From: Selaginella moellendorffii
Taxonomy: Eukaryota > Plantae > Lycopodiophyta
Direction: 5' to 3'
Length of the DNA stretch: 64,000 nucleotides
Assembly: GCF_000143415.4 (NCBI RefSeq)
Contig: NW_003314262.1
Coordinates: forward strand, 3,274,603 to 3,338,602
Part shown: positions 22,400-34,466 of the stretch, piece by piece
Position numbering within the stretch: the stretch's first letter is position 1
Layout of the letters: every line of letters begins with the position of its first letter
Program-made: the position numbers and the translations under genes
The notes under the pieces: generated by a model
The model's input: the letters and a program-made list of their open reading frames with translations, nothing else
What the model was told of the DNA's origin: nothing
Databases searched by the model: none

Positions 22400-24673
22400 A
22401 TGCTGCAAAGGGCTAGTTGTCTCGAGCAAGGCGCGGTTGATCCAGTCGAAGATCTTGCTCGATCGATCAGAAGAGCCAGAGATTTGGAAGAATGCAAGCG
22501 AATCCATGGGCGCGTCCGCGAGAGCAGCCATTCCCACAACATCTTCCTCGCCAATCTGCTCGTCCAGAAGTATGGCAAATGCGGGAGCTTGCTCGATGCC
22601 CGCCAAGTCTTCGACGAGATCCCTCGCCCTAACCTCTTCTCGTGGAGCAGCATCCTTCATGCCTACGCGGCCAGCAAGAATCTCGGCGAGGCAAAGGATC
22701 TCTTCAACAAGATGCCGGTCAAGGATCTGGTATCATCCTCCGCGCTAATCAAGGCATATGCCCAAGCCGGGCATCTAAAAGACGCAGAGCGAATCTTTCA
22801 CTCCCTTCCCAGGAAAGATTCCGTCGCTTGCAACATCATGATAGGCGCGTACTCCCAAAGAGGTTGCATTGACAAGGCTAAAGATATATTCGATCAAACT
22901 CCTTCAAAGACCGTGATATCCTGGAACAACATGATTTCGGCATATGCCAAAAGCGGGTATTTATCAAAGGCCAGAGATGTGTTTGATTCCATGCCGGAGA
23001 AAAACGTAGTGTCGTGGAATCTTATTTTCCACGTCTACGCTGGTGCCGGAAGATTCAAGGAGGCAAAGAGGATCTTCGACAGCATGCCAGACAGGGATGT
23101 GGTCTCCTGGACAGCAATGGTCGGAGCACATGCCGGGACTGGGCAAATTTTAGAAGCCAAGAGAATGTTTGACTGCATGGATGTCCGAAACACTGTGACG
23201 TGGAACATAATGTTCCGGGCTTACGTTGACGCCGGTCAAATGGACGATGCAAAGTCGGTCTTCGACGCCATGCCCGAGAGGGATACGGTGGCGTGGAACA
23301 CTTTGATTGCCGCGTACGTACAATACGGCCGCATGGATGAGGCGTGCAAGGCGTTCGATGCGATGGAGGAGCGTACCGTGGTGACGTGGACGACCATGAT
23401 CGCGGGGTATGGTCGGCACGGGAATCTGTCCGAGGCGAAGAGATTGTTTGATCGATCGCCCGAAAAAAATGTTGTGTCGTGGAATGCGATGCTTCAGGCT
23501 TACGTAGAGAGCCAGTGTTTTGAGGGGGCGAAAGAGATTTTTGATCGGATGCCTGAGTGGGACGTTGTGTCGTGGACAGCGCTGGTTGCAGTGTATGCCG
23601 ATGCAGGGTATTTGTGTAGAGCTCGCGATCTCTTTGATGAAATGCCGCAGAGAAATGTGGTCTCTTGGGTGACGATGCTTGCTGCTTATTCCCAGCGTGA
23701 TCTTGTCAATGAGACACAGAAATGTTTCGATGAGATGCCCGAGCACTGCAATGCGGCGTGGCATTTGCTTTTCCAGGCACACGCTCGAGCCGGATTTGTG
23801 GACAAGGCGAAGATGGTCTTTGATCGGATGCCGCACAGGGACGTCCTGTGTTGGAACATGATGATCACTGTCTTCGTCGCGGCGAGAAACGTCGATGACG
23901 CGAGGTGCGTCTTCGACCAGATACCGGAGCCAAACACGATCTCGTGGACGAACATGGTGACGCTCTACGGCCAGTGTGGTGATCTTTGCGAAGCACAAAA
24001 GATGTTTGACATGATCCCAGATCCCAGCGTCGTTTCTTATAACGCGCTCATGGCTGCTTATGCTCAAGCCAGTGATCTCGCGCAAGTCAAAGCCATCTTT
24101 GATGCAATGCAAGATCGTGATACGATCACTTACACGACAATGATCAGCATTTACTCCCAGCACGGTTTCATCGCTCAGGCACGAGAGATTTTCGATTCAC
24201 TGCCGACCCATGACACAGTTTGCTGGAACTCGATCATCTCGGCATATGCCCAAAACGGGCATACCGAGGGAGCGGTAAAGCTCTTCGAGCTCATGAACGT
24301 CGAGGGCGTCGAGGTGAACGAGTCCACGCTTCTTAAAGTCCTGGCGACTTGCAGCCGGCTTGGATCACTGGATTCCGGGTGGCGGGCATTCGTCTCGATC
24401 TCGCAGGATTACGGCTTGCAAGCAACGAGAGATCACTATGGGTGTTTGATCGATCTTCTGGGGCGAGCTGGATGGATCGGCCAAGCCCAAGAGCTCATCG
24501 ACGTGATGCCTTTCTGCGCGGATGGTGCTGCTTGGGGGAGCTTGCTCTCTGCGTCCAAAGTTTACCATGATGTGGATTGTGGAATGCAGGCTTCTTGGAA
24601 GATCTCAGAGCTTGAACCCAGTAGCTCGGCAGCATATGTGGAGCTCTCTAACATCTACAAACACTGCGATTGA
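22400..24673 (+). CDS. PLS-class PPR protein with long array of ~31-aa short motifs and E domain, no DYW
   Basis: Repeated F(D)xMPxxNVVSWxxMxxAY motifs; HYGCLIDLLGRAG, WGSLLSA, AYVELSNIY end. Likely ATG at 22400, in frame with ORF 22277. Confidence 0.93.
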   Translation: MLQRASCLEQGAVDPVEDLARSIRRARDLEECKRIHGRVRESSHSHNIFLANLLVQKYGKCGSLLDARQVFDEIPRPNLFSWSSILHAYAASKNLGEAKDLFNKMPVKDLVSSSALIKAYAQAGHLKDAERIFHSLPRKDSVACNIMIGAYSQRGCIDKAKDIFDQTPSKTVISWNNMISAYAKSGYLSKARDVFDSMPEKNVVSWNLIFHVYAGAGRFKEAKRIFDSMPDRDVVSWTAMVGAHAGTGQILEAKRMFDCMDVRNTVTWNIMFRAYVDAGQMDDAKSVFDAMPERDTVAWNTLIAAYVQYGRMDEACKAFDAMEERTVVTWTTMIAGYGRHGNLSEAKRLFDRSPEKNVVSWNAMLQAYVESQCFEGAKEIFDRMPEWDVVSWTALVAVYADAGYLCRARDLFDEMPQRNVVSWVTMLAAYSQRDLVNETQKCFDEMPEHCNAAWHLLFQAHARAGFVDKAKMVFDRMPHRDVLCWNMMITVFVAARNVDDARCVFDQIPEPNTISWTNMVTLYGQCGDLCEAQKMFDMIPDPSVVSYNALMAAYAQASDLAQVKAIFDAMQDRDTITYTTMISIYSQHGFIAQAREIFDSLPTHDTVCWNSIISAYAQNGHTEGAVKLFELMNVEGVEVNESTLLKVLATCSRLGSLDSGWRAFVSISQDYGLQATRDHYGCLIDLLGRAGWIGQAQELIDVMPFCADGAAWGSLLSASKVYHDVDCGMQASWKISELEPSSSAAYVELSNIYKHCD

Positions 24674-24873
24674 CTAAACTATAGAACGTCCAATGATAAT
24701 TTAGAAGTTTTTACCCGATATTACCACAAAATTATATTTTTTTTTACAAAACTCAAATATTTCTACAACTTAAGAATTTACAAGTTTGGTTTTTACTTTT
24801 TACTTTTTTTTTGCTTGGAGTATCTTTTATGTGATACAATACCCAGAAAATTTGGTGGCGAAAACCATCCAAG

Positions 24874-25940
24874 TCATTTTTGTTCATTCGGGATCACTAG
24901 AATATCACCTGGAAATGCGAGGGTGAAGATTGGGTGCTATAAACTTATACGAGGTTGGCACTCACCCGCGAATATAAGATCCGGATTCTCAATCCCGTTC
25001 GCAGTCTGGATTGTGGAGATGGAAACTTTGAACTTGCGAGAGAGAGACCAGAGCGTGTTTCCCTGGAGATGTATCATGTCACGCTCAAAGTTTTCTAGCG
25101 ATGAAGCCCAAGAGAACAACCTTTTGTATGTGATGAGTCCGAGGGATCCAGAGGAGCTGGCCGGTAGCAACATTTGCCGGGTTTAAGATCTTATTTGCCT
25201 GTGCAAAGTAATGCAAGAAGAAACGAAAGGATCAAACCACAGGGATGATAGAACTTTGGCCTGACCTCCATGACAACTTCTGTGAAAGTTTCGTGCTTGG
25301 AGGAGATGTCTCCCAAGTCCTCGCCGGGTAGAACCTTGTACACGTAGTTTCCTTTGGGTCTGCTCACTACACAACCAAGTAGAGAGATCGAAACATCACC
25401 CAAGAAGAAGAAAAGAAAAACGAAGAGAAGAACAGGAAAAAACAAAGTGTTCTCACCCTTTGGCTTGGGCATCAGATTTTGTTTCTCGTTGGCTTTCTGC
25501 CATCGAACATATCGCCAAGGACGAGGCCTGGGCAAGCAAAAGAACAAAGAAAGTAGGAATTAACCATCGCGAAACTTTGTTCTTGCTAAGACAAAGATGA
25601 TACAACTTACTTGTCGGGATCCATCCGTACGGACGCCGGTACGTTTGATCTTCGGGCTGGAATCGTCTGCAAGCACGGCAGAATATCAGCCGCAAGCCCG
25701 CATTCCAAGCACCCAATGCATGGATCATTCCCACCAGTGGTCCAAATGCTCATTCACCGACCAAGACCAAGCAAGCAAGCAAAACCAAAAACCCCCAAGT
25801 CGTTTTTTTTCCCTGCGATCCAAAGAAATCCAGCCAAAACTTACGGCTTGCGGCTCCTCGGCTCCAAAGATTGGGAGCGCCCTCCTCATCAGCGTCGGCC
25901 ATACTCGCCACATATCGCTCCCCCGATCCTTGAAGTTCAT
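24874..25940 (-). CDS. Small protein with two LysM domains, multi-exon; N-terminal exon structure uncertain
   Basis: YKVLPGEDLGDISSK...GQLLWIP and GNTLWSLSRKFKVSISTIQTANGIENPDLIFAG|DILVIPNEQK* (stop at 24874-24876). Confidence 0.75.
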
Positions 25941-26030
25941 GATTCTCTCTTCTTCTTCTTCGTCTCTCCTCCTAGATCCCGCAAAATCCTTCCTTTGCGC
26001 TGGAAACTAAACTCCTAGACGCTCCCCTCC

Positions 26031-26113
26031 CCTCTCTCTCTCTCTCTCTCTTCTTTGTTGGTTCAATCCATGATGGCTCGTACCCGCGAAGAACACACAC
26101 TACCTAAGAGAAC

Positions 26114-26145
<32 letters not shown>

Positions 26146-26150
26146 GAGAG
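26031..26150. repeat. (CT)n and (GA)n microsatellites between LysM and MIPS
   Basis: ctctctctctc run at about 26032-26051 and gagagagaga run at about 26133-26150. Confidence 0.8.
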
Positions 26151-26519
26151 CTCTTACTAAACTGTTTAATTTATTACCAAGATCCAAGCTCATGCAACTT
26201 CTGAGAGAGAGATCACCGAGAAGTTTTCTGATTCGATCAAGTGAAAACCTTCTTTCTCTAAAATCATGGCGAAATGCCGGGACTTTAAAACCCAGGAAAA
26301 AGAAAGAAAAAGGAACTTAGAAGATAAATGACAAGATCTTGCTTGATCGAAAAAATCTGCGGCCACAGCGGCATTACAATGATGGACGAGAACATCACGA
26401 AGACTACCGATCGCCTCCATCTCCAACAACAATGGATTGTTTTCTGGATTGTTTTCTTTTTTCTTCACACAACTTTGGTTGCTTTGCTTGGATCATCCTT
26501 CCATCTACCATTCATCCTC

Positions 26520-28650
<2,131 letters not shown>

Positions 28651-30130
28651 ATTCGAGCAAGCAAGACGCGAGCAATCAAAGGAATAGAAGGAGCTAATCT
28701 AGCTCAGCCGATCGAGAACTGAGCTGCGAGGTGGGAGAGAGCGGCCGATGCGATCGATCGATCGAGCGAAACCAGCTGAGAGGAAATGCCGGGGCCTCGG
28801 CAGCCCTAAATATTCGTAAAGCGCCTCCAAACCTACACCAAACCTGTCTAGGCCCGGAGAATATTCCAGAACTTATTCTAACCTAACCTTCATGCGTTTA
28901 GCGCGGCGGTGTGTGACGCGCAACACTTGGCGAGTGCAAATTTTGTGGAGAGAAATGGTCTCTTTCCAGATTGTTTTTTGTTAAAAAATGGATAGAAAAA
29001 ATGAGGGAGAATTGTATATTAAAGAGGAATATTTTGAGTATTTTTTTTCGTTGTGGGATCAGCATCACTCACCGTTGGATCTCCACCGCTCAAACCTTTG
29101 TTCTTTTGTCGCATGTTCTTGGCTCCCTCAAAAATTTCACACCTCGAGACGACGAGGCTTTTATATCCTCCTAGTTAGCTCGTGAAAACCTAACTCGTTA
29201 TAGACTAGACTATCTGTGAGAGAGCGATTGATTGATCACCCAAATTAAAAATGTGAGAGAACGATCAAAATATCATCATATTTTAAATCCATTAATGTTT
29301 TAAATCCTGTTGTGCCCAATCAGAAGCATGGGATCGAACCCGTCAAAAAATGTGAGAGACCGATTGAGGGATCATCGAAATCAAAATCTAATTGATCACT
29401 CCCCCATCAAACATTTGCTATAGTATATTGTATCATTATTGTCCTTGTTATTTTCAGTGTGTCTCTTTTGTCCAGACCCCCTTCTGGAAACGTATGCTGG
29501 CGCCAAGTATCGTGGAGGATTCGTGTCCACCGCAGGAAAGATGCTCTAGGACGTTTGCAGAGTGACGGTGGATGATCTAGACTGCTGGGGCCAGCGGCTC
29601 GATCGAGGTGGCGCTTTTGACGCCTCCCAGCTTTTAGGGTTCTTGAGATTCTCTGGTTGGGGAGGGATTGCCCATCGTGGACGAGCTTGTTCCCTCAGTC
29701 TGGGAACATTAATTTAATCCAAAGTCACATCATCCAAAGGATCTTTCATTTTAGGGTTCTTGAATGAAATGGTCAAAGTTAAATGGTCAACGTTTCAGTC
29801 AACGTGGACTTGGACCGGCAATGGAATCGAACTTTGCATCTGCTTAAACTTTTGTTTTTTAACGGTTCGATTCCCGGCGGTATTAAAGCGCATATTCCCT
29901 GCGCATTTTCTCAAAGGAAATAGGGTAACGAAGGCGACTGTGAGCGCAGAGAAAGCGAAGGTAGGCTTTTCGGGCGCCCTAGGCTTGGACTGGGTGCTCC
30001 ACACGGCGCTGCGATCGGTCAATGCGCTGCCCTGGGGCTGTGGATGGGAGTTTCTTTGGCGATCGATAGATCGTAGTGCTAGGCGAGTGGAATTCCTGGG
30101 CGATCTGATCGGACTCTTGAGGCGGCAGCC

Positions 30131-31110
30131 ATGTTTAGTCGGATGTTTGGCAAGCCCAAGGTTGAGCCATCGACTTTGACTACTCTCGACAAGCTAAATG
30201 AGGTGTGTTTTTGGATCTCTTGCTTCTTTAGCTTTGGAGATTGAATTTGTTTTCTAGACTTTGGAGATGCTAGAGAAGAAGGAGAGGGTGCTCCAGAAGA
30301 AGATCGCGGCGGAGATCGAAAAGGCCAGAGAGTACACGCGTGTTAAGAACAAGAAAGGTGAGCATAGAGATTGTTTTCATGAAGCTCAGAGATGGTGATC
30401 TAGTGCAGCTGCTATTGCTTGTCTCAAGAAAAAGAAGATCTACGAGACTCACATCGAACAACTAGGAAACTTTCAGCTGCGAATTCATGATCAAGTAAGA
30501 GTCTCCTCTTCCTTTGACTTCAAAAGATTGGTGGTGATTGGGTTTATGGTTTTGTGTGCTTTTGCTAGATGATTTTGCTTGAGGGCGCGAAGGCAACCAC
30601 GGAAACAGTCGACGCTCTGAGAAGTGGAGCTGCAGCCATGAAAGCAATCCAAAAAGCTACGTAAGTTCTCTTCAAGGTTTTTCTGTTTTCTCCATTCATC
30701 AGCTCGTTGGTCATCTCTCAGGAACATCGACGACGTAGACAAAACTATGGATGAGGTGAACGAGCAGACCGAGAACATCAAGCAAATCCAGGAAGCTCTC
30801 TCGGCTCCATTCGGTGCCGCCGGCGAATTTGACGACGTAAGAGATCCGAGAAAAAGAGAAACTCTAAGCTTTGTTTGATCTTTCTTATCTGTTCCAGGAT
30901 GATTTGGAGGCCGAGCTCGAGGATTTGGAAGGAGCGGAGTTGGAAGAACAATTGCTCAAGCCAGCGACAGCTGCTCCGACGCCAATCCCAGCTCCAAATC
31001 GTGTTCCAAGCCGAGCTCCTCAAGCTCAAGTTCCTCAACAACGGGTCCCTGCCACCAACGTCGCCGAGGACGATGAACTAGCGGCCTTACAGGCGGAAAT
31101 GGCCCTGTAA
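30131..31110 (+). CDS. VPS32: ESCRT-III subunit SNF7/VPS32, multi-exon
   Basis: MFSRMFGKPK..TLDKLNE|TLEMLEKKERVLQKK, LGNFQLRIHDQ|MILLEGAKATTETVDAL, DDELAALQAEMAL*. Confidence 0.95.
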
Positions 31111-31194
31111 AAAACCAAGCATTTCCATCCATCCCATTGTATTCTTCTTCGCCATGGTTTTATTCCGAAGTAGAGAGTTTTAGAGCCACTTTGT

Positions 31195-31220
31195 TTTAGG
31201 GTTTTGGGGATTAGGGTTCT
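31195..31220 (-). promoter_or_regulatory. Two telo-box-like motifs upstream of MetRS
   Basis: TTAGGGTTTT and TTAGGGTTCT just before ATG 31225. Telo boxes are common in plant translation-machinery genes. Similar motifs occur near 22250, 22336 and 40417. Confidence 0.5.
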
Positions 31221-31224
31221 AGCC

Positions 31225-34200
31225 ATGGCGAAGCTGCCGTGCGCGGGGCGGAGGAACATCCTCGTCACATCGGCGCTGCCATACGTGAACAACGTGCCGC
31301 ATCTCGGAAATATCATCGGATGTAAGTGTTGATCTCGCGATTTGGCTTATTTTTTCCAGCGAAATATTTCGAGGATTTCTTCCTTCTCGATCGAATTTCT
31401 GTCGAAATCTTTCTTAGTCTAGTTTGCGACTGTTGCAGCTGTGCTGAGCGCCGACGTCTTCGCGAGATATGGCCGACTGCGGGGCTACAATATCATCTAC
31501 ATGTGTGGGACGGATGAATACGGCACAGCGACTGAGACTAAGGCCCTGGAAGAGAAGACGAGCCCAAAGGAGATTTGTGACAAGTAAGAGTTGCTCTTTA
31601 CCCTTGTTCTTCCTAGTACGAGAACTAAAATCTTCGACTTTTGTCTAAGGTACCACGACGTGCACAAGAAAGTCTATGACTGGTTTGATATCCGATTCGA
31701 TAAGTTTGGGAGAACGTCTAGCCCCGAGCAAACTGTGATCTGCCAGTCGATTTTCAAGAAGCTGCTTGCGCAAGATAGGCTTTATGAAGACAAGATTAAT
31801 CAGGCATGTAGAGTTTTTCTTTCTTTCTCTGTCTCTCTGACGGGTATTTGTTTCAGCTTTACTGCGAGTCTTGCCAGCGGTTTCTTGCTGATAGGTTCGT
31901 CATTGGCACTTGTCCCAAGTGTGGAATGACGGCCAGAGGTGACCAATGCGAGAAGTGTACGCACGTTCTAAACCCGGGGGAGCTTGTCGAACCAAAGTGC
32001 AAGGTAAGATTGTCAATCACTTGTACGTTATATTTCTTCGGTTTCATGCAGATTTGCAACAGTAGTCCTCATTTAAGAGAAACAACGCATCTGTTCCTTG
32101 ATCTGCCCAAGATAAAGAACGAGCTGGTGGATTACGTCGAGAAAACATCTATAGCTGGTGGTTGGAGTTCAAACTCTATTACGATCACGAATGCATGGAT
32201 CCGAGATGGCTTGAAGGGCAGATGTATAACGCGCGATCTGAAGTGGGGAGTTCCGGTTCCCTTACCCAGATTCGAGGACAAGGTATTTTTGAGCCTGATG
32301 TTTTCTAAACTGACGAGAGCCTCCTTTAGGTGTTCTACGTCTGGTTTGATGCTCCTATTGGCTACATTTCGATCACTGCAAACTACACTCCCGAATGGGA
32401 GCAATGGTGGAAGTCGGAAGATGTTGAGCTTTTTCAGTTCATGGGGAAAGACAATGTGACGTTTCACACGGTGAGACATTGTTGTATTCAGTGTAGTCAT
32501 CTGGTTTCTGACATCCATTTTAGGTGATTTTTCCTTGCACCTTGTTGGGAACGGGCGAGCGCTGGACGATGATGAAAACATTGAGTGCCACAGAGTATCT
32601 GAATTATGAAGGAGGTATGTCATCTCAGTTGTTGTATGCGTGTATTAACTGGTGAAGTTAAAACAGCTAAGTTTTCAAAGAGTGCGGGCATTGGAGTTTT
32701 TGGCAACGATGCACAGGATACGAATGTTCCTGTTGAAGTCTGGAGATACTATCTTCTCTCCATTCGTCCAGAGGTGAGTTTTAGAACTTTTATCCAGTTC
32801 CGCAAAAGAAACGACCGATCTTTTTATTTCAGGCTGCCGATACGTTCTTCAGCTGGGCCGACTTGCAGGCTAAACAAAACAATGAGCTGTTAAAAAACCT
32901 TGGGAATTTCGTTCACAGGTGTCTGAGCTTCTTAGCAAAACCTGAAGGTGGGAAAGAATGAATGCGCCTCTATGCTTATGATCTTTTATCCAGGCCAAGG
33001 ATACGGTTCAAAGATACCTGATGCTCCGGGTGCAGAGGAGCATGCGCTGACCGTGAAACTTGCAGAAGAAGTGTCAGAGCTTCTTCAGCAATACGTAGAT
33101 TCGATGGAGAAGGTTACTGAGTATTTTGTTTCTTAGTGTTCGTCTGACTTTCTGCATTCCAGACGAAACTCAAAAACGGACTGAAGGTAGCGATGAGCAT
33201 TTCAAGCCTTGGCAATTCTTACTTGCAAGTAAGTTTTGACGTGACTGTATCTCGTTCAAATTTAATGGGCTGATCCCGTAGGAGTCGGAATTTTGGCGCC
33301 TCTATAAAGAAGACCGCCCGTCTTGCAATATAGTTGTAAGGACAGCAATTGGTCTTGTTAAGATTTTGGCGACCATTCTCGAGCCGTTCATGCCATCCTT
33401 TTCAAAGAAGGTAGAACAAACTGTTTCAGTTGAGAGCTTCTCTTGACTTCTTTACAGGTCGCATCACAATTAGGATTAGACTTATCCGATCTTTCGCTCA
33501 TTGATGCGGATGTGGAGGCTTTCAGGACTCCCTGGGTTCTCCTCCGAGATGGTCATGTCATTGGACAACCCGATACAATATTCTTTGAGATGGTACTTCA
33601 AAATTTGGTTCTGTTTTTGGTTTCCTTCGTCAAGTTTGATTTTCTCTTTTTTCAGAGTGACGAGGAAGTTCAGGCGTACCGTAAAAGGTTTGCTGGGTCT
33701 CAGGCTGAGCGTGCCTGCTCGGAAGAAGCAGCAAAGAAAGCGGACGTCAAAGCAAAAGCAGATATCAAGACGAAGGCTGATGCCAAACCGAAGAAAAAGA
33801 ACGCTACTGTTAACGCCGCTGATGTTAAGACACCTGTGGACATTAGACTGGCTGATATCAGAGTAGGCAGGATCGTCAAAGTTGCAAAGCACCCGAATGC
33901 AGATTCTTTGTATGTTGAAGAAATTGACGTCGGTGAAGACACTCCGAGGACGGTTGTTAGCGGTCTGGTGAAGTTCATACCACTAGAGGAGATGGAGGTA
34001 AATCTACTGAGATTCGTTTCTTCTTAATGGCTTCTTTTTCTACAGAATCGGCGAGTTTGCGTCATCTGTAATCTCAAGCCTGCGAAGATGCGAGGAGTGC
34101 TGTCTCAAGCGATGGTTCTGGCAGCTTCAAACAAGGAGGAGACAAAGGTAACACTAGCCGGTTTTAGGCAGCGTCAATACTAAACCGATCATTTTTCACT

Positions 34201-34429
34201 GCAGGTGGAACTGGTAGAGCCTCCTGAAGGTGCTGTTATCGGCGAGAGAGTAACCTGTCCGGGGTATGAAGGCGACGCTGACGCTGTGCTCAAGCCTAAA
34301 GACTGGGCAGTCGTACAGCCTGATTTGCAGACAAGCAGTGAGCTGATTGCAGTGTACAAGGGAGCACCATTCTCAACCACTGGTGGAGTTTGCAAGGTGG
34401 CATCCCTCGCAAGCGGCTCCATCAAGTAG
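31225..34429 (+). CDS. Cytosolic methionyl-tRNA synthetase with C-terminal EMAPII-like tRNA-binding domain, many exons
   Basis: [21 protein letters not shown] (HIGH), zinc knuckle [51 protein letters not shown]-terminal [24 protein letters not shown]. Confidence 0.97.
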
Positions 34430-34466
34430 TGGTTCATAAACACAACTTTTTGTACTGACTCCAGTT

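Noticed and set aside
20722-22416. Long alternative-frame and antisense ORFs over the SHIPPO gene
   Set aside because: By-products of GC-rich repetitive coding sequence.
29760-30179. 139-aa ORF upstream of SNF7
   Set aside because: Non-ATG start, overlaps the SNF7 promoter and 5' UTR, and has no recognisable motif.
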